DNA of 64,000 bases from contig DCVQ01000027.1 of NCBI GenBank assembly GCA_002328745.1, positions 3,753-67,752 on the forward strand, given 5' to 3'. The notes beneath the pieces were generated by a model. The model ran no database searches. It was given only the letters and a program-made list of their open reading frames with translations, and was not told where the DNA came from. Within the stretch, counting starts at the first letter, position 1. Each line of letters begins with the position of its first letter. This document shows positions 1 through 9,044 of this stretch, in pieces. Source of the stretch: Actinobacteria bacterium UBA2184 (GTDB lineage: Bacteria; Actinomycetota; Coriobacteriia; Anaerosomatales; Anaerosomataceae). A program made the translations under genes and the position numbers.

Positions 1-1
1 G

Positions 2-277
2 AGCGCGATCGTCTCCGAGATGACAGAGGCGCACGGTGCCGTGCTGACCGATGCCGAGAAGGCCGCGGTCGTCGAGTTCCTCGGCAGCCGTGAGCTTACC
101 GAGGGCGAGAAGGTGGTCGCCGGCAAGTGTGGCGACTGCCACGATGCACAGCGCATCTACGAACAGGGAGACGCGGCCGACTGGGCCGCCATCGTCCAGC
201 AGATGACCGAAGTCCACGGTGCCGTGCTGACCGAAGCGGAGAAAGCGGCCGCTGTCGAGTTCCTCGAGGGACTGTAA
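2..277 (+). CDS. c-type cytochrome-like protein, C-terminal fragment (5' end outside window)
   Basis: Frame is open to the window edge. One CGDCH (CxxCH) haem-binding motif is flanked by two copies of MTE[AV]HGAVLT[DE]AEKAA.VEFL. TAA stop at 275-277 is followed by a hairpin. Confidence 0.6.
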   Translation, partial: SAIVSEMTEAHGAVLTDAEKAAVVEFLGSRELTEGEKVVAGKCGDCHDAQRIYEQGDAADWAAIVQQMTEVHGAVLTEAEKAAAVEFLEGL

Positions 278-284
278 GCAAGTC

Positions 285-324
285 GGCCGGATGGCGGCGC
301 CCGTGCGGGTGCCACCATCCGGCC
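285..324 (+). terminator. GC-rich imperfect hairpin after the edge gene
   Basis: GGCCGGATGG (285-294) pairs with CCATCCGGCC (315-324), with inner GCCCG/CGGGT pairing. It starts 8 nt after the stop. No clear U-tract. Confidence 0.4.
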
Positions 325-521
325 ATAGAAGTCGGGCCGATACCGCGTCGGCGGTCCGCGACGTGACCGGACCCGTCCAGGAGCCACCTCGCCCTGAAGT
401 CGCGACCCGGAAGCCGAGTGCCATCGAACACGAACTCATGCCGGAGAGCGTGTACATCTCCTTGGGGCACTCGGGCCACACCCCTTACCCGCGTGATGGG
501 TCTGCCGACGAGGGCATGTGG

Positions 522-549
522 GGGGCCGGGCCTATTCAGGCCCGGCCCC
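522..549. terminator. perfect 11-bp hairpin GGGGCCGGGCC-tattca-GGCCCGGCCCC
   Basis: Read directly. It lies about 90 nt downstream of the stop of the minus-strand gene 637..837. No U-tract on either strand. Confidence 0.3.
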
Positions 550-636
550 GCTTATCAGTGCTTCAGGTGCCCGGGCGGTTCGCTGCGATGAGAAGCATCA
601 GGCGGGATGCCGCACCACCATGCGCGGACACCGGCC

Positions 637-837
637 CTAGCCCACGCCGTGCTTCTTGGCATGTGCCCGGCCGCCGACGATCAGGCGGTCGTTGCGGAGG
701 TGCTCCTTCTGGGAGGCACGCGCTATCGCCCGGGCGTTCTTGCGCTCGAGCGCAGCACGAAACTTCGCAGCCTGGTCATCTCCGCCGGTGCCTTGCTGGA
801 ACGGCCAATGGCCGGACGTCTCCTTCTTGTCTGACAT
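637..837 (-). CDS. small basic conserved protein, DUF5302-like
   Basis: 66 aa. MSDKKETSG...AKFRAALERKNA...HAKKHGVG resembles small actinobacterial DUF5302 proteins (from memory, not searched). AAGGAGG lies 8 nt upstream of ATG 837. Confidence 0.6.
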   Translation of the reverse strand: MSDKKETSGHWPFQQGTGGDDQAAKFRAALERKNARAIARASQKEHLRNDRLIVGGRAHAKKHGVG

Positions 838-951
838 GACACTCGCCTCCTTGTCGTGGCGCGTGCTACGCCGGTACCGGGTATGTACCCGCCCTCGGGG
901 CGGGCCCTCGCTTCGGCCGTGTTCACGCGGGGCAGGAGGGTGCCTGCGGTT

Positions 952-1110
952 CTAGCCGAACACCACGCCCAGGTAGTACGGCCACACGAGCAGGCCGAGC
1001 ACGCCCTGCCAGAAGCCGAGGTTCGCGAACCCGATGGTGAACAGCCAGCCGATGAACCAGATGATGCCCATGCCGGTGTCGACCTTGACCTGCGTGCTCT
1101 GCGGTGCCAT
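952..1110 (-). CDS. 52-aa hydrophobic membrane peptide (below the ORF-track size cutoff)
   Basis: Own translation: MAPQSTQVKVDTGMGIIWFIGWLFTIGFANLGFWQGVLGLLVWPYYLGVVFG*. GGGAGGA lies just upstream of ATG 1110. Two hydrophobic helices. Confidence 0.55.
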   Translation of the reverse strand: MAPQSTQVKVDTGMGIIWFIGWLFTIGFANLGFWQGVLGLLVWPYYLGVVFG

Positions 1111-1179
1111 GGAATCCTCCCTCGATCGGTCAGTACACCCATACCCCGCAGCCCCCGAACCCGGGGGCGCGTCGTCCTC

Positions 1180-1611
1180 TCAGGCGCAGAACACCCGGAC
1201 GTTGTCGCCGTTTGCCGCCTGAACGTTGACCTCCATCTCCCGGAGGCTCGTGATGATCTCCTCGATGTCTTCCGGCTTGAGGTTGTTGAAGTCGATGGAC
1301 ATCCCGTGCTCGCTCATGGACCTGTTGATCTCGTCCATCGCCTGCGACGGGATGAGCGACGTGAGCTTGAGCCCCGCCCGAAGAAGGGAGAGCGGCACCT
1401 TCACGTCCACCGTGTCCTTGCCGGTGACTTTCACGTACATGAACTTCGGCGCGCCGCTCGCCGAGGGCCCCTTCGGCCAGCTTGCGCCGGGCGCCGGTGC
1501 CGTTGACGGCTCCTCGGCCGACCCGAGCGCATCGAGCAGCGTCTCGGCGTCGGCCGGCGTGATCTTGCCGTCGGCCAGCATCTCGAGGATGCGCTTGCGT
1601 TCCTCACCCAT
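1180..1611 (-). CDS. SHOCT-like domain protein (third gene of the DUF2089 operon)
   Basis: 143 aa from ATG 1611 (GAGAGGAG SD). N-terminal ERKRILEMLADGKITPADAETLLDAL is a SHOCT-like helical motif, followed by a P/A/S linker and a C-terminal globular domain. The track start 1749 is an artefactual extension overlapping the previous gene. Confidence 0.65.
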   Translation of the reverse strand: MGEERKRILEMLADGKITPADAETLLDALGSAEEPSTAPAPGASWPKGPSASGAPKFMYVKVTGKDTVDVKVPLSLLRAGLKLTSLIPSQAMDEINRSMSEHGMSIDFNNLKPEDIEEIITSLREMEVNVQAANGDNVRVFCA

Positions 1612-1627
1612 CGTCGGGCTCCTCTCT

Positions 1628-1912
1628 CTAGTGGATCTCGATGTCGACGAGCTTCCGGTTCCTGTTGATGCGCGCGCTCGTCCCGCGAACGTCGGCGAGC
1701 AGGCGGAGCGAGTGGAGCAGCAGCAGGGAGAAGCGGTGATAGCGCGCACCCGCCAGCAGGAGCACGAAGTCGGCGAGCAGCGTGAAGAGCAGGGCGAGCA
1801 GGGCGAGTACGAGCAGCAGCGGCCACAACAGGAAGAGCGGCAGCGGCACGTGCACGTCGGGGGTTTCGGCGCTGCGAACGCGCACGTTGATGAAGGCCGG
1901 TGGCAGTACCAT
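1628..1912 (-). CDS. small Leu-rich membrane protein
   Basis: 94 aa. ATG 1912 lies 1 nt after the DUF2089 stop (TGACATG). Central hydrophobic hairpin LPLFLLWPLLLVLALLALLFTLLADFVLLLA. Confidence 0.6.
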   Translation of the reverse strand: MVLPPAFINVRVRSAETPDVHVPLPLFLLWPLLLVLALLALLFTLLADFVLLLAGARYHRFSLLLLHSLRLLADVRGTSARINRNRKLVDIEIH

Positions 1913-1913
1913 G

Positions 1914-2285
1914 TCAGCCCCTCAGTCTCTCTGCGGCCTCTGCGGCGGTGATGTCGCCGGACTCGAGCAGGTCGAGGATCGCCGACGGGTCCTCGGGTGT
2001 GGGCTCCACCTCGATCTGCACCACCTGAAGCTGGTCTGCGATGCGGTTGAGACGGTTCTTGATCGTGGGGTAGCTCACGCCGAACGCCTTCTCCATGTGC
2101 TTGATGGAGCCATGGCAGCGGACGAACTCACCCACGAAGATCTGGTCCTCGGAACGAAGCCCGGCGAGGAAGGGGAGTTCGAACTCGCCCTCGATGGCCA
2201 CGTCGCTCTCCTTCAGGCGGACTCTCGTGACCACGAACTCACGGTCTCCCGTGAGGTCGGTGAGGTTGTGCCACTCATGCGTCAT
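1914..2285 (-). CDS. DUF2089 family HTH protein
   Basis: 123 aa from ATG 2285 (AAGGAGG SD). FVGEFVRCHGSIKHMEKAFGVSYPTIKNRLNRIADQL matches the DUF2089 HTH signature. The track start 2375 runs into the AT-rich promoter. Confidence 0.75.
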   Translation of the reverse strand: MTHEWHNLTDLTGDREFVVTRVRLKESDVAIEGEFELPFLAGLRSEDQIFVGEFVRCHGSIKHMEKAFGVSYPTIKNRLNRIADQLQVVQIEVEPTPEDPSAILDLLESGDITAAEAAERLRG

Positions 2286-2326
2286 GTGAACCTCCTTCTT
2301 GATTCTGACGAACATGATGTACCCAG

Positions 2327-2366
2327 AAATCAAGAAAATCAATACGTCAATCAAATAAGTCAAGAG
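2327..2366 (-). promoter_or_regulatory. AT-rich promoter region with iterated TTGAYT motifs upstream of the DUF2089 operon
   Basis: Minus strand reads CTTGACTTATTTGATTGACGTATTGATTTTCTTGATTT, with five TTGA(C/T/T) repeats. This is the only AT-rich patch for kilobases. The exact -35/-10 boxes are not resolved. Confidence 0.4.
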
Positions 2367-2414
2367 CGGGGGCATGCTCGCCGATTCGAGAGCGGTCGTC
2401 GCGGTGACCGGACT

Positions 2415-2466
2415 GATGCGGCGGGGGGCGGGGCGGATGCGGCGGACCGTCCGCGGGCCCTATACT
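2415..2466 (+). promoter_or_regulatory. candidate promoter: two GATGCGGCGG direct repeats plus TATACT -10
   Basis: GATGCGGCGG at 2415-2424 and 2436-2445 (21-nt period). TATACT at 2461-2466, about 50 nt upstream of GTG 2515. Confidence 0.3.
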
Positions 2467-2514
2467 CGGGCGTAGGCGGGACGGTCACGGTCGGACTCGC
2501 GGAGGGCGGTCACA

Positions 2515-2859
2515 GTGCAGAGCGCGGATGCGGCGTCTCCGGTCAAGGCGAAGGCGCTCATCGTGGATCCGGAGTCGATGACGGTGCTGTGGATGAACGA
2601 AGCGGTCGCGCAGTCGCAGGCGGGCGCCGGGAGCGGTCCCTCCGTCGGCGCGGCGCTCACGGAAGTGCTCCCGGTCGCGGTGACGCTGGGCGTCCCCGAT
2701 GCCGTTCGGGCGGTCGCGGCTACGGGGAGCGCGCGGCACCTGCGCGCCGACCTCGTCTCGACCTCGGAAGGGAGCATGGCGCTTGCGGCCTCGGTCTATG
2801 CCCTGCCCGACGGCACCGTGCTCGTGCTGATGGAGAACTCCTGGCGTTCGGGCCGCTGA
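2515..2859 (+). CDS. small PAS-like hypothetical protein
   Basis: 114 aa. GTG start with GGAGGG 8 nt upstream. PAS-like pattern (ALIVDPESMTVLWMNEA ... LPDGTVLVLMEN). No cofactor motif recognised. Confidence 0.55.
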   Translation: MQSADAASPVKAKALIVDPESMTVLWMNEAVAQSQAGAGSGPSVGAALTEVLPVAVTLGVPDAVRAVAATGSARHLRADLVSTSEGSMALAASVYALPDGTVLVLMENSWRSGR

Positions 2860-2967
2860 GGGACGGGTATAGATAGGTGGTTGCCCGCGAGCGATCTCGC
2901 GGGTCAGCGAGGGTGCCATGAAACGCCGGGCTGAATCGGTCACCTGATGACCCGGCGCGGAGCGAAC

Positions 2968-2997
2968 GGTGAGACCGGCCTCAGGGCCGGTCTCACC
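2968..2997 (+). terminator. perfect 13-bp hairpin GGTGAGACCGGCC-tcag-GGCCGGTCTCACC followed by TCGTTTCGGG
   Basis: Read directly. It lies 109 nt after the 2859 stop, has a partial T-tract, and abuts the SD of the next gene. Confidence 0.45.
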
Positions 2998-3022
2998 TCG
3001 TTTCGGGAGGGAGCGTGCAGCG

Positions 3023-3403
3023 ATGAAGGCCGCTGCGATCGTGGTGTTCGTGTTCGTGGTGCTGTTGGCGGGCGTCGCCATCGGACAGGAGTACGTGCCG
3101 TGGGAGACCGGGGGCCAGATCTGCCCCGACCGGGTGCTCGCGGAGCGTCTGAGGTGCGGACTCGTGGTGGACGGGTCGTACCTTCCGTACTCGCCCGACG
3201 CCGAGTACGCGTTCGGCTGCATGATCGGCCAGATCTGCCCCGAGCGGGCGCTCGCCAGCCGGCTTGCCGCGGGCCCGGAGTACTTCGCCGAGTACCTGCC
3301 GTACACCGCGTACACCCACTACGCGCCGGATTGCGTGACGGGGCAGGTGTGCCCGGAGCGTGCGCTCGCCGAGCGCGTGGCGTGCGGGATGTGTGGACAC
3401 TAG
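3023..3403 (+). CDS. secreted Cys-rich repeat protein (hypothetical)
   Basis: 126 aa from ATG 3023 (GGGAGGGAG SD). Signal-like MKAAAIVVFVFVVLLAGVAIG. Three copies of GQ[IV]CP[DE]R.LA.R[LV]. 8 Cys in total. Confidence 0.6.
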   Translation: MKAAAIVVFVFVVLLAGVAIGQEYVPWETGGQICPDRVLAERLRCGLVVDGSYLPYSPDAEYAFGCMIGQICPERALASRLAAGPEYFAEYLPYTAYTHYAPDCVTGQVCPERALAERVACGMCGH

Positions 3404-3428
3404 GCCGTGAGAGCGACCGGAGCATGCG

Positions 3429-4634
3429 TTACGGGATGACGCCCATGCGCTTCCCGACGCGCGTGAACGCGTCCACGGCGAGGTCGAGCTGCTCGTCGGT
3501 GTGCGCCGCCGAGATCTGCACGCGGATGCGCGCCGCTCCCTTCGGCACGACCGGGTAGCTGAAGCCGATGACGTAGATGCCCTCGGCAAGCAGCTCGTCG
3601 GCCATGCGGTGCGCGAGCGCCTCCTGGTAGAGCATCACCGGCACGATCGGGTGCTCGCCGGGACGGATGTCGAAGCCCGCCGCGGTCATCCGGTCGCGGA
3701 ACGAGCGCGTGCTCGTCTCGAGCCGGTCCCGGAGTTCCGTCGTCTCCGACAACAGGTCGATCACCGCGACCGTCGTGGCCGCGACGACCGGCGCGAGCGT
3801 GTTGGAGAACAGGTACGGCCGGCTCTTCTGGCGCAGCCACTCCACGATCTCGGCCCGGCCGCTGAGGCACCCGCCCGACGCACCGCCGAGCGCCTTGCCG
3901 AACGTGGTGGTGATGACGTCCACGCGGTCGGCGACGCCGCAGAGCTCGGGCGTGCCGCGGCCGGTGGGCCCCACGAAGCCGGTGGCGTGCGAGTCGTCCA
4001 CCATCACGAGGGCGCCGTACTCGTCGGCCAGGTCGCAGATCGCCGCGAGGTCGGCGATGTCGCCATCCATCGAGAAGACGCCGTCGGTGGCGATCACCCG
4101 GAAGCGGGCGTCGCGGGCCTCCGCGAGCTTGGCGCGCAGGTCGTCCATGTCCGAGTGCGCGTAGATGAGGCGCTTCGCCTTGGTGAGCCGCACGCCGTCG
4201 ATCACCGAAGCATGGTTGAGCGCGTCGGCCACGATCGCGTCCTCGGGACCGAAGAACGGCTCGAAGAAGCCGCCGTTCGCGTCGAAGCACGACGAGTAGA
4301 GGATCGTGTCCTCCATGCCGAGGAACTCGCTCATGCGCCGCTCGAGTTCTTTGTGCACGCCGAATGTGCCGCAGATGAACCTCACCGAGGACGTGCCGAA
4401 TCCCCAGCGATCGAGCGCCTCGTGCGCCGCCGCGACCACGCGCGGGTCGGCGGCCAGGCCCAGGTAGTTGTTCGCGCAGAAGTTGACCACCTCGCGTGGC
4501 GCCCCGGCGCCCGGCACATCGACGTGGATGTCCGGTCCCTGCGGCGAGACGATGACTCGCTCGGCTTTGTAGAGGCTCGCCTCGTGGAGCGCGTCGATCT
4601 CGGCACGGAGCGTCTCTCTCATGTCGCGAAACAT
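3429..4634 (-). CDS. kbl: 2-amino-3-ketobutyrate CoA ligase (glycine C-acetyltransferase)
   Basis: 401 aa, collinear with E. coli Kbl ([43 protein letters not shown]-Lys, SRPYLFSN). GGAGG SD before ATG 4634. Confidence 0.93.
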   Translation of the reverse strand: MFRDMRETLRAEIDALHEASLYKAERVIVSPQGPDIHVDVPGAGAPREVVNFCANNYLGLAADPRVVAAAHEALDRWGFGTSSVRFICGTFGVHKELERRMSEFLGMEDTILYSSCFDANGGFFEPFFGPEDAIVADALNHASVIDGVRLTKAKRLIYAHSDMDDLRAKLAEARDARFRVIATDGVFSMDGDIADLAAICDLADEYGALVMVDDSHATGFVGPTGRGTPELCGVADRVDVITTTFGKALGGASGGCLSGRAEIVEWLRQKSRPYLFSNTLAPVVAATTVAVIDLLSETTELRDRLETSTRSFRDRMTAAGFDIRPGEHPIVPVMLYQEALAHRMADELLAEGIYVIGFSYPVVPKGAARIRVQISAAHTDEQLDLAVDAFTRVGKRMGVIP

Positions 4635-4665
4635 CACTGGCCTCCGATTCGTGCGGTCACGCGTG

Positions 4666-5709
4666 TCAGTCGTCCGGCGCAAGCTCCAGCAACACCTTGC
4701 CGCTTTGCCCGCTGATCATCGCCTCGAAACCGGCCTCGTACTCGTCGAACGGCAGCTCGTGAGTGATCACGGGCGAGATGTCGAGACCGCTTTGCAGCAT
4801 GGTCTGCATCTTGTACCAGGTCTCCCAGATCTCCCGGCCGTAGATGCCTTTGATGGTGAGGCCGCGGAAGACCACCTCGTCCCAGTCGATGCGCACCGGG
4901 CCGGGCGCGATGCCGAGCAGCGCGATGCGGCCGCCGTTGTACATGCTCTCGAGCATCGTCTCGAACGCGTCGCCGTTGCCGCTCATCTCGAGTCCGACGT
5001 CGAAGCCGATCATGCCGAGCTCGTGCATCACGTCGGCCACGGACTCGCGCGTGACGTTCACCGTTCGGGTCGCGCCCATGCGGGCGGCAAGGCCGAGGCG
5101 GTAGTCGTTGACGTCGCTGATCACGATGTTGCGCGCCCCGACATGCCGGGCGATGGCCGCCGCTATGATGCCGATCGGCCCGGCTCCGGTGATGAGCACG
5201 TCCTCGCCGACGAGATCGAAGGAGAGTGCGGCGTGGGTGGCGTTGCCGTACGGGTCGAAGATCGCCGCGATCCGCGAGGGAATCGAGTCCGTGATGTGCC
5301 ACGCGTTGGCGGCGGGTATCGCCAGGTACTCGGCGAAGCAGCCGTCGCGGTTCACGCCCACGCCGATCGTGTTGGTGCACAGGTGGCGGCGTCCCGCCCG
5401 GCAGCTGCGGCATACCCCGCACACGATGTGGCCCTCGCCCGAGACGCGCTCGCCGAGCGCGAAGCCGCTCACGCCCTCGCCTATGCGGGCGATGCGGCCC
5501 ACGAACTCGTGGCCGAGGATCTGCGGGGGCCTGACGGTGTGCTGCGCCCATTGGTTCCACTCGTAGATATGGACGTCGGTGCCGCAGATGGCGACCGTGT
5601 CGATGGCGATGAGCAACTCGCCGGGACCGATACGCGGCACCGGCACCTCGAGGAGCGAGACGCCGGGCGCTGCGGTACTCTTCACCAGGGCCTTCATCGT
5701 GTCGCGCAT
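4666..5709 (-). CDS. tdh: L-threonine 3-dehydrogenase
   Basis: Collinear with E. coli Tdh ([43 protein letters not shown]). Homologues begin at MKAL, so the true start may be ATG 5697. Confidence 0.93.
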   Translation of the reverse strand: MRDTMKALVKSTAAPGVSLLEVPVPRIGPGELLIAIDTVAICGTDVHIYEWNQWAQHTVRPPQILGHEFVGRIARIGEGVSGFALGERVSGEGHIVCGVCRSCRAGRRHLCTNTIGVGVNRDGCFAEYLAIPAANAWHITDSIPSRIAAIFDPYGNATHAALSFDLVGEDVLITGAGPIGIIAAAIARHVGARNIVISDVNDYRLGLAARMGATRTVNVTRESVADVMHELGMIGFDVGLEMSGNGDAFETMLESMYNGGRIALLGIAPGPVRIDWDEVVFRGLTIKGIYGREIWETWYKMQTMLQSGLDISPVITHELPFDEYEAGFEAMISGQSGKVLLELAPDD

Positions 5710-5833
5710 CGCACCATCCGTTCCGGGAGCATGCAGGGCCTGCGACAGTGAGATACCCGGAACGCCCCATCAGGCGACGGCCGTTGTGGGCATAACCATC
5801 TGGGACGTCAACATCGGATGCGGGGGAGACGCC

Positions 5834-6556
5834 GTGGCAGCGGTACCGTCCGACATGCCGGTCGTGAGGATCCGCGACCTCGTCAAGGTCTACGACACAG
5901 GAGAAGTGCCGTTCACCGCGCTCAAGGGCGTGGACCTCGACGTGTACTCGGGTGAGTTCATCGGCATCATCGGCAAGTCGGGGAGCGGCAAGACCACGCT
6001 CATCAACATGATCACCGGCATCGACCACCCCACCTCGGGCGAGGTCGTCATCGGCGACACGCCGGTTCACGCGCTCGGCGAGAACGCGCTCGCCAAGTGG
6101 CGCGGGCTCAACGTGGGCGTCGTGTTCCAGTTCTTCCAGCTGCTGCCTACGCTCACCATCCTCGAGAACGTGCTGCTCCCGATGGACTTCTGCTCCACGT
6201 ACCCGATGCGCGAGCGGGTTCCGCGTGCGATGGCCCTCCTCGAGGCCGTGGAGCTGGCCGATCAGGCCAACAAGTTGCCGGCGGCCCTCTCCGGCGGCCA
6301 GCAGCAGCGCGCGGCCATCGCGCGAGCGCTTGCCAACGACCCGCCGATACTCGCGGCCGACGAACCCACGGGCAACCTCGACTCGAAGACCGCCGAGGCG
6401 GTGTTCGGCCTGTTCGAGCGCCTGGTCGAGCAGCATAAGACCATCATCATGGTCACCCACGACAACGACCTCGCGTCGCGCGTGCGGCGGGCGCTCCACG
6501 TGGCCGACGGCGAGATCATCGAGGAGCGCGTGCACCGCGAACGGCATACGGGCTGA
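5834..6556 (+). CDS. ABC transporter ATP-binding protein (MacB/LolD-type)
   Basis: Walker [10 protein letters not shown], signature LSGGQQQR, Walker [10 protein letters not shown]-loop VTHD. GTG 5834 has GGGGGAG 5 nt upstream; the alternative is ATG 5855. The track start 5579 is an extension. Confidence 0.88.
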   Translation: MAAVPSDMPVVRIRDLVKVYDTGEVPFTALKGVDLDVYSGEFIGIIGKSGSGKTTLINMITGIDHPTSGEVVIGDTPVHALGENALAKWRGLNVGVVFQFFQLLPTLTILENVLLPMDFCSTYPMRERVPRAMALLEAVELADQANKLPAALSGGQQQRAAIARALANDPPILAADEPTGNLDSKTAEAVFGLFERLVEQHKTIIMVTHDNDLASRVRRALHVADGEIIEERVHRERHTG

Positions 6557-6560
6557 TGGC

Positions 6561-8945
6561 ATGAGACCGCGCTGGCGCAAGGTCTTCCGCGACCTCTTCT
6601 CGCACCGGTTCCGCACGATGCTGGTGGTGCTCTCGATCGCCATCGGCATCTTCGCGGTCGGCGTCGTGCTGGGCACGCGAGAGGTCCTGGTGCGCGAGTT
6701 CGATGTCGACTACCGATCGTCCTTCGCCGCGAACGTCACGTACTTCTCGGAGGACTTCGACGAGGACCTCGTCCGCCGGGCGGAGGCATCGCCCGGGGTG
6801 GCGGCGGCGCAGGCGCGCCGAAGCGCGACCGTGCGCTACCGATGGAACGGGAGCGCCGAGGATCGCACGCTCTCGCTCGAGGCGTTCAGGGACTACGACG
6901 ACATCAGGGTGGACAAGGTAGTCCCCGTCGGGAACGCCCAGTGGCCGCCCGGGCGTGGTGAGGTCGTGCTGGAGGCGGCGGCGAAGCAGGTCGGCGACTA
7001 CGCCGTCGGCGACGTGCTTCGAGTCGAGCGGGCCGATGGCGAGACCGTCGAGCTCCGCGTGGCGGGTTTCGCGCATGACATCAACGCGGTGCCAGCCCAG
7101 TTCGTGGGCTACGAGACGGGCTACGTCTCCTTCGACACGCTCGGGGATCTCGGCGAGGAGCCGGTGTACAACAGGCTCTCGCTGGTCTTTGCGGACGAGG
7201 ACATCTCCTGGGGCGACGCATCGCGCAAGGCGAGCGCGCTGCGGGAGGATCTTTTCGAGTCGGAGGGGCTGCTCGTTCGCTACACGAACGTTCCGGAGCC
7301 GGGCAGTCACTTCCTCGGCGACATCTTCAAGGCGGTCTCGCTTCTCCTGCTGGCCCTCGGCGTGCTCGCGCTGGGTCTCTCGGCATTCCTGGTGGTCAAC
7401 ACCATCTCGGCGATCATGGCGCAGCAGGTTCGCCAGGTCGGGATCATGAAGGCCGTTGGAGCGAGCGCGCTGCAGCTTGACTGGCTCTACGTGTTCACGG
7501 TTGCGGTGTACGGTGCGGCCGCAGTCGCGGTGGGCCTGCCGGCAGCCGCCGCGGGCGCTCGCTGGTTCACCGACTATGCCGCCGAGATACTCAACTTCCG
7601 GGTGAGCAGCTACTGGCTGCCGTGGTGGGTGGTGATCGTCGAGATCACGGTCGGGCTGCTCGTACCGCTCCTTGCCGCGGCCGGCCCGATCCGGCGGGGC
7701 GTGCGCATGAGCGTGGTGCGAGCGCTGAACGCAAGCGGCATGAGCGAAGGGAAGTTCGGCAACCGGCTTGCGGACAGGGTGCTGGGCGCGATTCGCGGTC
7801 TTCCGCGGCCTGTCGCGCTGTCACTGCGCAACACGTTCCGGCGCAAGGGGCGTCTCGCCCTCACGCTTTCCACGCTCACGCTCGCCTCGGCGGTGGTGAT
7901 ATCGGTCTGGAGCGTCCAGACGTCGATCGAGCGCACGGTCGACGATCTCGAATCGTGGTGGCAGTACAACGTGCAGATCTCGTTCGCGCTTCCGCTCGAT
8001 GCCGGGGCGGTCGAGGCCGAGGTTGCGGACGTGGCCGGGGTGGCCGAGACCGAGACCTGGCTGGGGGTGGGCGCGACCGTCATCCGGTCGGACGGCAGCG
8101 AGAACGAGTCGTTCAGCATGGTCGGGATGGATCCGGCAAGCGAGTTCGTCGGGCCGATCGTGGTGGAAGGGCGTTGGCTCGAGCCGGGCGACACCGATGC
8201 GGTCGTCGTGAACACCGACGCGCAGAACGAGGAGCCGTCACTCCGGGTCGGCAGTGTCGTCACATTCGACGTTCAGGGTGTCAGAGATACCTGGAAGGTC
8301 GTCGGTGTGGTGAAGGGCCAGCTCGGCGGCCCCGCCGTCTTCTGCGACGCCGGGCAGCTCGGCTCGCTGCTTGGCAATCCGGGCATCACCCGGCTTGTCG
8401 TGCGGGGCACGGACCCCGACCCCGACGCCGAGCAGGCCCTTCTGGAGGCGGTCGAGGACAGGCTCGTGGAGGGTGGTTACCAGGTCACCAACGCGCGAAC
8501 GCGCAGCGGTCTGTCCGATCAGCTGCGCGAGCAGCTCGGGATCCTGGTGGCGTTCCTGGTCATCATGGCGGTTCTGCTCTCGGCCGTCGGCGTGATCGGC
8601 CTCACCGGCACCATGACCATCAACGTGCTCGAGAGCACGCGCGAGATCGGCGTCATGCGCGCGACCGGCGCCCAGCATCGCTCCATCTACCAGATCTTCG
8701 TGACAGAGGGCATCGTCGTCGGAGCGATCGCGTGGGCGGCCGGGTCGGTGCTTTCGTATCCGTTGAGCCTCGGTCTGGTCCGCATCCTCGCGGAGGCCAT
8801 CGGGCTCCCTTTGAGCTATGGATTCTCGTGGGTCGGCGTGGCGGCGTGGCTCGGGATGATGCTGGCGATCTCGGGGATGGCGAGCATCGCTCCGGCCTTC
8901 CGCGCGTCGCAAGTGAGCGTGCGCGACGCCATCGCGTACGAGTGA
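6561..8945 (+). CDS. ABC transporter permease, FtsX/MacB-type (duplicated FtsX domain)
   Basis: 794 aa from ATG 6561, 4 nt after the ATPase stop. N-terminal [28 protein letters not shown], two 4-TM FtsX blocks and large extracytoplasmic loops. Confidence 0.85.
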   Translation: MRPRWRKVFRDLFSHRFRTMLVVLSIAIGIFAVGVVLGTREVLVREFDVDYRSSFAANVTYFSEDFDEDLVRRAEASPGVAAAQARRSATVRYRWNGSAEDRTLSLEAFRDYDDIRVDKVVPVGNAQWPPGRGEVVLEAAAKQVGDYAVGDVLRVERADGETVELRVAGFAHDINAVPAQFVGYETGYVSFDTLGDLGEEPVYNRLSLVFADEDISWGDASRKASALREDLFESEGLLVRYTNVPEPGSHFLGDIFKAVSLLLLALGVLALGLSAFLVVNTISAIMAQQVRQVGIMKAVGASALQLDWLYVFTVAVYGAAAVAVGLPAAAAGARWFTDYAAEILNFRVSSYWLPWWVVIVEITVGLLVPLLAAAGPIRRGVRMSVVRALNASGMSEGKFGNRLADRVLGAIRGLPRPVALSLRNTFRRKGRLALTLSTLTLASAVVISVWSVQTSIERTVDDLESWWQYNVQISFALPLDAGAVEAEVADVAGVAETETWLGVGATVIRSDGSENESFSMVGMDPASEFVGPIVVEGRWLEPGDTDAVVVNTDAQNEEPSLRVGSVVTFDVQGVRDTWKVVGVVKGQLGGPAVFCDAGQLGSLLGNPGITRLVVRGTDPDPDAEQALLEAVEDRLVEGGYQVTNARTRSGLSDQLREQLGILVAFLVIMAVLLSAVGVIGLTGTMTINVLESTREIGVMRATGAQHRSIYQIFVTEGIVVGAIAWAAGSVLSYPLSLGLVRILAEAIGLPLSYGFSWVGVAAWLGMMLAISGMASIAPAFRASQVSVRDAIAYE

Positions 8946-8995
8946 GGCATCGTTCGGGAGATCGGCCGCCGGACCGCGCTTCCGACACAGCGAAA

Positions 8996-9028
8996 GACCC
9001 GCCGGGGGCGCTGGGCTCCCGGCGGGTC
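8996..9028. terminator. bidirectional hairpin between convergent genes
   Basis: GACCCGCCGGG (8996-9006) pairs with CCCGGCGGGTC (9018-9028). Flanked by AAA on the left and CTTT on the right, giving U-tracts on both strands. Confidence 0.6.
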
Positions 9029-9044
9029 CTTTCCTAGCGGTAGG

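Noticed and set aside
291-839. 182-aa plus-strand ORF and overlapping ORFs in the 278-636 spacer
   Set aside because: Arg/Pro/Ala-rich with no SD. It overlaps the well-supported minus-strand DUF5302-like gene, and the region contains two hairpins consistent with non-coding spacer.
5710-5833. Glycine or other riboswitch in the tdh-kbl leader
   Set aside because: No glycine-riboswitch core (GGAGAG...CACCG...GGGGCAA type) or other recognisable aptamer motif is seen. The spacer is short and shared with the divergent ABC gene.
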